A DNA stretch of 64,000 nt from Actinomycetes bacterium (lineage in GTDB: Bacteria > Actinomycetota > Thermoleophilia > Solirubrobacterales > JACPNS01), in assembly GCA_023404495.1 (NCBI GenBank), contig JAEYBE010000033.1:72032-136031 (forward strand), in the 5' to 3' direction. The notes beneath the pieces are model-generated. The model was not told where the DNA came from. It saw nothing but the letters and a program-made list of their open reading frames with translations, and did not search any database. Position 1 is the stretch's first letter, and the number at the start of each line of letters is the position of its first letter. The translations under genes and the position numbers were made by a program. Shown here piece after piece: positions 17,684 to 25,805 of the stretch.

Positions 17684-18256
17684 ATGTCCACAACCATCAA
17701 CAACCGCGCATGGCTAACTCGTGCAGCCGTCGCAATCACAACTATCGCTGTCGCAATGCTCCTCGCATTCGCCGGCACGGCAAGCGCAGCCCTCAAGGGC
17801 AAGACCACCCTGGCCCTCGACCCCGGTGCCGCTGGCGCGCTCACCTCGCTCGGCGTAAGCGTCGCTCCCGTCGCCCCTGCAACCGCTGGCGCTGACGGCG
17901 TCTCCTTCCCCATCACCGGTGTTGGCGGCAGCCTCATCCCGCCGGCGCTGAAGGTCAAGCACAGCGGCGGACTCTCGCTCACGGCCGGACCGACGACGGT
18001 CAGCCTCACCAACTACACGATCCTGATCGACCGGTCGCCGGATCTGGTTGCGACGGTCAATGGCGGCCCGCGCGTCTCGATCCTCAAGCTTGACCTCTCG
18101 AAGGCTCGGCTCGGGATCGGCGGTGGCGGCCTGACGCTCGGACCGGTCAAGGCCAGCCTCACCCAGTCAGCGGCCAGCGCACTCAACGGCGCGTTCGGTG
18201 TGAGTGCATTCACGAAGGGCCTGGTGCTCGGCAACGCGACGGTGAAGATCGGCTGA
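17684..18256 (+). CDS. hypothetical secreted protein
   Basis: 190 aa with a GGAGGA RBS 8 nt upstream and the signal peptide AVAITTIAVAMLLAFAGTASA. The mature part is Gly/Ala/Leu/Thr-rich and no family is recognised. Confidence 0.6.
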   Translation: MSTTINNRAWLTRAAVAITTIAVAMLLAFAGTASAALKGKTTLALDPGAAGALTSLGVSVAPVAPATAGADGVSFPITGVGGSLIPPALKVKHSGGLSLTAGPTTVSLTNYTILIDRSPDLVATVNGGPRVSILKLDLSKARLGIGGGGLTLGPVKASLTQSAASALNGAFGVSAFTKGLVLGNATVKIG

Positions 18257-18297
18257 TCTCACCGCAGACGGGCCTGTCGCAAACAAGCGGCAGATCT

Positions 18298-18331
18298 TCC
18301 ATGAGGCGACCCCGCGGGGTCGCCTCATGGA
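18298..18331 (+). terminator. perfect 34-nt palindrome (terminator-like hairpin), copy 2
   Basis: TCCATGAGGCGACCCCG|CGGGGTCGCCTCATGGA lies 42 nt after the stop and sits within a 59-nt repeat (18285..18343). Confidence 0.6.
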
Positions 18332-18447
18332 GTTAATTTGGCTCCAAATGGCGGGGCCGATTCTCGCGGCCGGCCCCGCAAATCGCTCGGCCAGCGCCCC
18401 GCGAAAACCCCCACCACGCAAATTCGGCGAAATTCACCCAATATTGG

Positions 18448-18476
18448 TTGCAAACATTCGTCCATATGTTTATACC
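18448..18476 (+). promoter_or_regulatory. candidate sigma-70-type promoter (TTGCAA-N17-TATACC) for the CBS-domain gene
   Basis: The hexamers have 17-nt spacing in a locally AT-rich stretch. The inverted repeat AAACAT-N8-ATGTTT lies within the spacer. Confidence 0.35.
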
Positions 18477-18662
18477 AATCGGTATTTTTCGCATACCCTT
18501 GCATCGGGACGGAGTTCACGGGGGGTTCCGTGGATTTGCGCGGAGGTGTCTTCTGACCTAGGCGCTCTGGATCAGAGGCACTTCTGCGACGTCCCACTTT
18601 TCTTTTTCCGCGGCGAGAGCTCGTGCCTCCGCCGCGGTTCTTATTGCGCAATACTGGAGCCT

Positions 18663-19337
18663 ATGGAAGCCGGCAGCATCAACACAACCCTGCTCAGCTC
18701 GGCCACTGTTGGCGAGGCTATGGGCGCCGTGCACCTGGTGCTTGCGAACACCCCTGTATCTATCGCCGCCGGTCACTTCATGCAGAACCGCGGCCGCGCG
18801 CTGGTGGTCGACACGGGCGATGACTCGCCATCGATCTTTACGGAGTTCGATGTCGTGAAGATGGTCGCGGCCGGCGTCAGCCCCGAAGGCAAGACGGTCT
18901 CCGACTTCCACACTCGCACGGCGGTCGCCGCGAAGCCTTCCTGGTCGCTCGAGCGCGCGCTGCACACGATGATGGTCGGGCAGTTCCGCCACCTTGTCGT
19001 GATGGACGGCGGCCAGGTTGTCGGGATGCTTGCGATGCGCGACATTCTTGATCTGGTTGTCGAGCACGCCGAGGAGCCCGAGGCGATCGGCGAGAACGAG
19101 ACGGTCGAGATCGCGGCGGTCGTCCCCGACGACTCGACTCGCCTGCTGCACAACTTGCGCCGTAGCGCCAAGCAGCACTGGGTTGCGATCAAGTGCGACT
19201 GCGAAGTCGATTGGATCGACGTCGTGATCGGCCAAGCCGAAGAGCGCCAGGATCTCTCGGCCGACGAGCTGCAAGAACTCTGGGAACAGCGTCCGCCCTG
19301 CCCCACGCTAAACAGCATGGGCGGCGGCGGCGATTAG
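18663..19337 (+). CDS. CBS domain pair protein with a C-terminal extension
   Basis: ATG 18663 (GGAG 6 nt upstream) was chosen inside the longer ORF from 18327. Two CBS-like units are present (GRALVVDTGD..IFTEFDVVKMV and FRHLVVMDGGQVVGMLAMRDILD). Confidence 0.7.
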   Translation: MEAGSINTTLLSSATVGEAMGAVHLVLANTPVSIAAGHFMQNRGRALVVDTGDDSPSIFTEFDVVKMVAAGVSPEGKTVSDFHTRTAVAAKPSWSLERALHTMMVGQFRHLVVMDGGQVVGMLAMRDILDLVVEHAEEPEAIGENETVEIAAVVPDDSTRLLHNLRRSAKQHWVAIKCDCEVDWIDVVIGQAEERQDLSADELQELWEQRPPCPTLNSMGGGGD

Positions 19338-19401
19338 CCTCCCCAAGAACTTTTCCAGACTGCCCTTCCTTATTGACACCATGTCATATAAGCTCTAGCG
19401 C

Positions 19402-20277
19402 GTGAACGTCGAAAACACATTCAACGGTAAGTCGGTGCTGGTCACCGGAGCAGCCAGCGGCATCGGCCGCTCGATCGCGGAGCAGTGCGCAGGGCACGGC
19501 GCCTACGTCCTACTGACCGACGTGGTCGAGTCGGTCCAAGAAGTGGCCGACCAGATCGGTCGCGGCGCAGAGTCGATGATCGTCGACGTATCCGATCGCG
19601 ACCAGGTCGCGGCGGCAATCGATCACGTGGTCGAGCACCACGGCGCGATTGACTTCATCTTCAACAACGCGGGCGTCGCGATCTTCGGTGAAGTCGAAGA
19701 GGTCACGCTCGACGATTGGGACAAGATCATCGACGTCAACTTGAAGGGCGTCGCCTACGGCGTCAAGCTCGCCTACGACCAAATGGTCAAGCAGGGCAGC
19801 GGCCACATCATCAACACCGCTTCTGCCGCCGGGCTCGTGCCGGTGCCGCTGCAGACGCACTACGTCGCGACCAAGCACGCGGTCGTCGGCATGGGCAAGA
19901 CGCTTGAGCTCGAGGCACCCGAGAAGGGCGTGCACCTGACCACCTTCTGCCCGGGGTTCATCGACACCGGGATGATGACCAACAACACGCTGCGCGGAAC
20001 GATGGACGTGCCCGAGGTGCGCAAGCTTGTGCCGGTGCCGGCGATGTCCTCGGATCGCGCGGTGAAGAACCTGCTCAAGGGCGTCGCCAAGAAGCGTCGC
20101 TTCGTGATCACGCCGTTCTACGGGCGCCTTGGTTGGTGGCTTGAGCGTTACGCGCCGGGCCTCTCGCGCATGCAGCACCAGTCGTTCTACCGGCAGACGG
20201 TCAAGCGCGCCGCCAAGCAGCGCGCCAAGGCCGGCGCGGTCAAGCAGACGGAAGCGCCGCCGAAGATTCCGGCGTGA
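19402..20277 (+). CDS. short-chain dehydrogenase/reductase (SDR)
   Basis: Cofactor motif TGAASGIGRS, NNAG, and catalytic YVATKHAV (YxxxK). Confidence 0.9.
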   Translation: MNVENTFNGKSVLVTGAASGIGRSIAEQCAGHGAYVLLTDVVESVQEVADQIGRGAESMIVDVSDRDQVAAAIDHVVEHHGAIDFIFNNAGVAIFGEVEEVTLDDWDKIIDVNLKGVAYGVKLAYDQMVKQGSGHIINTASAAGLVPVPLQTHYVATKHAVVGMGKTLELEAPEKGVHLTTFCPGFIDTGMMTNNTLRGTMDVPEVRKLVPVPAMSSDRAVKNLLKGVAKKRRFVITPFYGRLGWWLERYAPGLSRMQHQSFYRQTVKRAAKQRAKAGAVKQTEAPPKIPA

Positions 20278-20878
20278 GCTCGCCCCAGGCGAGTCGCGGT
20301 CGCTCGTAGGCTGCGGCCAGCGTCGTCTCCCCCAGTTGCTCTACCGCCCTGAGGGTGATCTCGCCGCAGGCGACCGCGTCCGAGAGCGCGTTGTGGTGGT
20401 CAAGCTCGATCCCCAGGTACTCGCTGAGCGTGCTGAGCTTGTGGTTCTCTGGAAGCGCGGTGATCTCCGCGACCGTCGCGTCTTCTGGCAGTGATTTCGG
20501 TCTGCGGGGCCAGGCGTTGCGCGCGAGCTGCATCGAGCACCCGTAGCGGATGCTCGGGGCGGCGAGGTTGGCACGGGTGAGCTCGCTCCTGAGCACGCCC
20601 ATGTCGAAGTTGGCGTTGTGGGCGATCAGCGGATAGCAAGCCGCGTAGTGGATCAGCTCTGGCCAGATGTCCTCGAAGGTCGGCGCGTCGCGCACGTCTT
20701 CGGGGCGGATCCCGTGGATGCGGATCGCGCCGTACTCCCAGCGCCGCGGAGAGATGCGCGGATTGATCAGCGTGTAGCGCTCGTCGATCTTGGCGCCGTC
20801 CTCGAAGTGCGCGATCCCGACGGCGCAGGCAGCGCCCCAGGTTGCCGTCTCAAAATCGATCGCGACGAACGAGTCCAT
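20240..20878 (-). CDS. DnaQ-like DEDDh 3'-5' exonuclease
   Basis: Exo motifs FVAIDFETAT (I), LIAHNANFDMGVL (II) and HNALSDAVACG (III). Confidence 0.85.
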   Translation of the reverse strand: MDSFVAIDFETATWGAACAVGIAHFEDGAKIDERYTLINPRISPRRWEYGAIRIHGIRPEDVRDAPTFEDIWPELIHYAACYPLIAHNANFDMGVLRSELTRANLAAPSIRYGCSMQLARNAWPRRPKSLPEDATVAEITALPENHKLSTLSEYLGIELDHHNALSDAVACGEITLRAVEQLGETTLAAAYERPRLAWGELTPESSAALPSA

Positions 20879-20923
20879 GCGAGCAAACTACAGAGCGCGC
20901 ACGTCGGGCCGGCCGGTGCAGCC

Positions 20924-22036
20924 TCAGTACGAGATCAAGTCGATGTGGAAGATTGGGCTGGCCAGCGAGTCGCTCGCGACGCGGATCGATCCCGAGCCGA
21001 AGCGCCCAGCGGATCGCAGCGCCTTGACGCGAATCGAGCATCCGGTGTCAGGCAGCAGAGCAGCGCCGCAGTCGTTGCTGACGATCCTGAACGGACCGCT
21101 ACCGACCGAGATGCGGTTGACCTGCACGGACTGCGCGCTGGGATTGCGGAATCGAAGCGTTTTCACCCGCTGAGGTCCGCGCTTGCGCAAGAACCTCACC
21201 CACTCCGTCGGAGCGATCTGGCGTTGCATGAACTGCGCGACGTAGGTCGAGTAGCTCGAGACCCGTGTAAAAACGTTGAAAGGATTCGAGCGGCAGCGGC
21301 GAGCGGTGAAGCTCGTGATGCCGACGAGCAGGCCATCGTTGACCAGCGGCCCGCCACTGTCGCCGTTGCAGACGCTCTTGTCCGGATCCGACGCCTGGCC
21401 AGCGCAGATCATCGACGCCGGAATCTGGCTCTTCCAGCTGCGGCGGCACGAATCGAGCGAGCGGATCTGGAGCTGGGCGGTGCGCATGATGTCCTCTGCG
21501 TCGCGGCGCGATTGGCTGCGCAGACCCCAGCCGGAGATCGTGCCGAGCGCGCCCTCGGCAGGCATCCAGTCGCTCGGTGCCAGCGGGATCGTCTGCTGGG
21601 TGCTCGGTCGCGCGAGCTTGATCAGCATCAGGTCGGCCTTCAGGTTGTTGAGGCCGTAGATCCACTTTGGGTGCTGGTAGGTGCCGATGATCGGGATCAC
21701 TTCGCCGTGGGTCTCGTCGGTCAGGTCGGCGCGCCCGACGACGACGAAGCGCGGGACGACGTTGTCGATCAGGGTGTCCTTGCAGTGGGCCGCCGTGAGC
21801 ACCCACTGCGGCGCGATCAGCGATCCGCCACAGAGAAACGTGTCGATGTTCTGTTTGCGCAGGAGCCCGACTTGGTACGGAAATTCGCTGTCAAAGCGCT
21901 CTTGCGATACCGGCACGCCGCCGACCACGGAGGTCTGGGCCGAGTGCGCCGACGCCGACGCCGGGATCGCAAACAAAAAGAGAGCCGCGACGAAGACCGC
22001 GGCCCGAAGTTTGTGGCTCAGAAATGTTGCACGCAT
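20924..22036 (-). CDS. secreted trypsin-like serine protease (S1) with a C-terminal Ig-like (choice-of-anchor-D/ASH-like) domain
   Basis: LTAAHC (His), GDSGGPL (Ser) and the signal peptide LRAAVFVAALFLFAIPASASA. ATG 22036 was chosen within the ORF that extends to 22096. Confidence 0.8.
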   Translation of the reverse strand: MRATFLSHKLRAAVFVAALFLFAIPASASAHSAQTSVVGGVPVSQERFDSEFPYQVGLLRKQNIDTFLCGGSLIAPQWVLTAAHCKDTLIDNVVPRFVVVGRADLTDETHGEVIPIIGTYQHPKWIYGLNNLKADLMLIKLARPSTQQTIPLAPSDWMPAEGALGTISGWGLRSQSRRDAEDIMRTAQLQIRSLDSCRRSWKSQIPASMICAGQASDPDKSVCNGDSGGPLVNDGLLVGITSFTARRCRSNPFNVFTRVSSYSTYVAQFMQRQIAPTEWVRFLRKRGPQRVKTLRFRNPSAQSVQVNRISVGSGPFRIVSNDCGAALLPDTGCSIRVKALRSAGRFGSGSIRVASDSLASPIFHIDLISY

Positions 22037-22067
22037 TGGTGGCGGGAGCGTACCTGACGCAGCGACC

Positions 22068-22109
22068 GACAAAGATGCAGCTTTGTCGTACGACAAAGCT
22101 GCATCTTTG
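22068..22109 (-). terminator. perfect 42-bp palindrome between ahcY and the S1 protease gene
   Basis: ACAAAGATGCAGCTTTGTCG-TA-CGACAAAGCTGCATCTTTGT lies 10 nt downstream of the ahcY stop on the minus strand. Confidence 0.6.
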
Positions 22110-22118
22110 TAGTAGTGG

Positions 22119-23567
<1,449 letters not shown>

Positions 23568-23603
23568 CTGCGAGTGGTCTCCTTCAGGAGGTTGCGTTCG
23601 TTG

Positions 23604-24002
23604 TTATTTGGTGCTGTGAATTGCGTCTAGAAGTTGTTGGTGCTTTTGCTGCTCGAACGAGAGCCAGTCGCCGGCCGGAACTTCTTCCGGCTTCTCGGCG
23701 GTCTGATCGAGCCAGTCGTTCACTGCTCTGTCGACTTCTGGCTCATCGCGCAGTCGTTGCATGAATCCAACGTCTGCGATCTCGAGCTGTTTGCCTTTGA
23801 GCAGTTCGCGCAGCGTGCGAAGCCGCTGCAGCTCGCCCGGGCCATAGAGCCGGTAGCCCCCACCGGAACGCGGTGGAACGACCAGCCCAACACTCTCGAT
23901 GTAGCGCAGCATGCGCGGCGACCAACCGGTGGTCTCGGCAGCTTCGTTGATCGTGAGGGCGTCGGACGGGACGACTGGGGTTTCGGTGGCCGGGGAAGCC
24001 AT
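23604..24002 (-). CDS. MerR family transcriptional regulator
   Basis: HTH LTINEAAETTGWSPRMLRYIESVGLV...GGYRLYGPGELQRL. Its stop is only 36 nt upstream of the ahcY start. Confidence 0.85.
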   Translation of the reverse strand: MASPATETPVVPSDALTINEAAETTGWSPRMLRYIESVGLVVPPRSGGGYRLYGPGELQRLRTLRELLKGKQLEIADVGFMQRLRDEPEVDRAVNDWLDQTAEKPEEVPAGDWLSFEQQKHQQLLDAIHSTK

Positions 24003-24032
24003 CGGGAGAACCTTACCAGAGTTGTGTGAAGG

Positions 24033-24263
24033 TTACTGCCTTGCTTCGAACCAAGCGATTCCCTCTCGCTCTACGGCAGCGAAGAACTGATCGCCTGTCC
24101 GCTCATAGTGAGCTAGTCGGCGTCGCGCATGCTCGAGGCGTTCAACGAGCTCGTCCGGGGGAATCTTGCGGCGACTCTCTGCGGCCACCATACGCTCCAA
24201 GAACTCTCCGGATCGCATTAGCTGATCGATCTCTTCGAAAGCCGCAGACACGGAATGGCTCAT
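24033..24263 (-). CDS. hypothetical small helical protein
   Basis: 76 aa from ATG 24263 (the ORF extends to 24284). It is charged and helical (EELVERLEHARRRLAHYERTGDQFF) and no family is recognised. Confidence 0.4.
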   Translation of the reverse strand: MSHSVSAAFEEIDQLMRSGEFLERMVAAESRRKIPPDELVERLEHARRRLAHYERTGDQFFAAVEREGIAWFEARQ

Positions 24264-24271
24264 AGATCCCA

Positions 24272-24553
24272 CTATAACCCCCACTCTCCCTCGCCCACCG
24301 CGCCAATCGAGATGCCAACTTGGAGACCGGACTTGAAGGCATTTGAGATCACCTCAGCGTTCGAGGCTAGCCATGGGGCATTCCCGACCGCTTCGCTCAA
24401 GAACGTCCTGGTGATGAGGACGACCGCGCCATCGAACCGAGGGTCGGTCTGAAGTTCGCGCAATATCGCGCGCGCTTCCCCTCTGAGTCGACCGGCGATT
24501 GCGCCTTCGCGGGCGTAGAACTCAAGCGTGGTTATCAGCCGAGTGCGATCCAT
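24272..24553 (-). CDS. hypothetical small protein
   Basis: 93-aa ORF immediately upstream of, and possibly overlapping, the 24033 ORF. A 60-nt sample has about 53% GC. No family is recognised. Confidence 0.4.
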   Translation of the reverse strand: MDRTRLITTLEFYAREGAIAGRLRGEARAILRELQTDPRFDGAVVLITRTFLSEAVGNAPWLASNAEVISNAFKSGLQVGISIGAVGEGEWGL

Positions 24554-24656
24554 CGCCAGAACCTATCCCGCGACGTTCGGCGCGGCCGCTTCACTCCCGA
24601 ACTTTTTGCACTTCCGTAACTGAATCGTTCGCACCGCGTCGCAAACGACGCAAAAA

Positions 24657-25691
24657 TCAAGCAGTGATCGAAATCATCCGCTCGATCGGCGCCCGGGCTC
24701 GCTCGGCGATCGCGGGGTCGACCTCGACGACGAACTTGTCGTCGCGCAGCGAGTCGCGCAGGCCTTCGAGTGTGATCGCTTTCATGAACCCGCAGACCGC
24801 GCCCTCGGTCGCCGGAACGAACTCCTTGTCGGGGGCCGCGAGCTTCAACGGGTGGAAGATCCCCTCCTCGGTCGCCACGAAGAACTTCTTGGCGTTGCTC
24901 TTCTTGGCGTGCTCGATCATTCCGCCGGTCGAGAGGATGAAGGTGCGCTCAGGGTCGATGTCGCCGCAGGCGAGATACTCCATCGCGCTGGTCGAGCAGC
25001 CGCACTCCGGGTGGATCATCAACTCCGCGTCGGGATTGTCGTCGAGCATCGTCTGAAGCTCGGCCGGCCGAATGCCAGCGTGGACGTGGCACTCGCCCAT
25101 CCAGACTTTCATCGGGCGCTTGGTCATCTTCTCGACGTAGCTGCCCAGGAACATGTCCGGACCGAAGAGGATCTCCTCGCCTTCGGGAATCGCGTTGACC
25201 ACGTTCACGGCGTTTGAGCTGGTCACGCAGTAGTCGGTCTCCGCCTTGACCTCAGCGGTCGTATTGACGTACATCACGACCTTCGCGCCCGGGTTCTCGG
25301 CCTTCCAGTCGCGCAACTGCTGCGCCGTGATCCCGCTGGCCAGCGAGCAACCTGCCCGCGTGTCGGGAATCAGCACGGTCTTCTCGGGGCTCAGCACCTT
25401 CGCCGTCTCGGCCATGAAGTGGACGCCGCAGAAGACGATTCGATCGGCGTCGGTCTTGGACGCTTCGATCGAGAGCCCCAGCGAATCGCCGGTGTAGTCG
25501 GCGACATCCTGCACCTCGGGCACCTGGTAGTTGTGCGCAAGGATCACGGCGTTTTTCTCGCGCGCAAGCTCGCGCACCTCGGCCGAGAGCTCCGCAATCT
25601 GCTCTGCGCTCGGCGGCGCGGGCAGGGGCGGCGGGACGACTGGAAGCATGAATGCCTCCGCCTTCTGTGGCTGCGTGACTGTGTCGGTCAT
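24657..25691 (-). CDS. nadA: quinolinate synthase
   Basis: 344 aa with typical NadA sequence blocks (ILAHNYQVPEVQDVAD..GDSL, VFCGVHFMAETAKVL, MYVNTTAEVKA, ECHVH, IHPEC). Confidence 0.93.
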   Translation of the reverse strand: MTDTVTQPQKAEAFMLPVVPPPLPAPPSAEQIAELSAEVRELAREKNAVILAHNYQVPEVQDVADYTGDSLGLSIEASKTDADRIVFCGVHFMAETAKVLSPEKTVLIPDTRAGCSLASGITAQQLRDWKAENPGAKVVMYVNTTAEVKAETDYCVTSSNAVNVVNAIPEGEEILFGPDMFLGSYVEKMTKRPMKVWMGECHVHAGIRPAELQTMLDDNPDAELMIHPECGCSTSAMEYLACGDIDPERTFILSTGGMIEHAKKSNAKKFFVATEEGIFHPLKLAAPDKEFVPATEGAVCGFMKAITLEGLRDSLRDDKFVVEVDPAIAERARAPIERMISITA

Positions 25692-25805
25692 GACCGCTAC
25701 GACTCCGTCGGTATGTTCCGCCTCGAAGCCGATTCTGGATTCGCAGGACGGAATGTATTGGGTGCGAACAGTCTAGGTCAAGCGTCGACCGCTCGCGTCG
25801 CCTGT

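Noticed and set aside
17488-18331. Integron gene cassette with attC sites flanking the 190-aa gene.
   Set aside because: The palindromes lack the RYYYAAC/GTTRRRY core sites and the extrahelical-base asymmetry of attC. No integrase is nearby. A terminator-like or REP-like repeat is more parsimonious.
20618-22057. 479-aa plus-strand ORF.
   Set aside because: It is antisense to the DEDDh exonuclease and S1 protease genes. Its translation is Arg/Asp/Ala/His-rich and carries no motifs. This is the usual mirror ORF of a high-GC genome.
23568-23603. SAH riboswitch upstream of ahcY.
   Set aside because: Only 36 nt separate ahcY from the preceding MerR gene, which leaves no room for the element. ahcY is more likely co-transcribed with the MerR regulator.
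25692-25805. NAD+ (nadA-motif) riboswitch upstream of nadA.
   Set aside because: I could not recognise the tandem-domain consensus in the 114-nt leader. Only a plausible TTGACC-N17-ATACAT promoter is visible. An Rfam scan would settle it.
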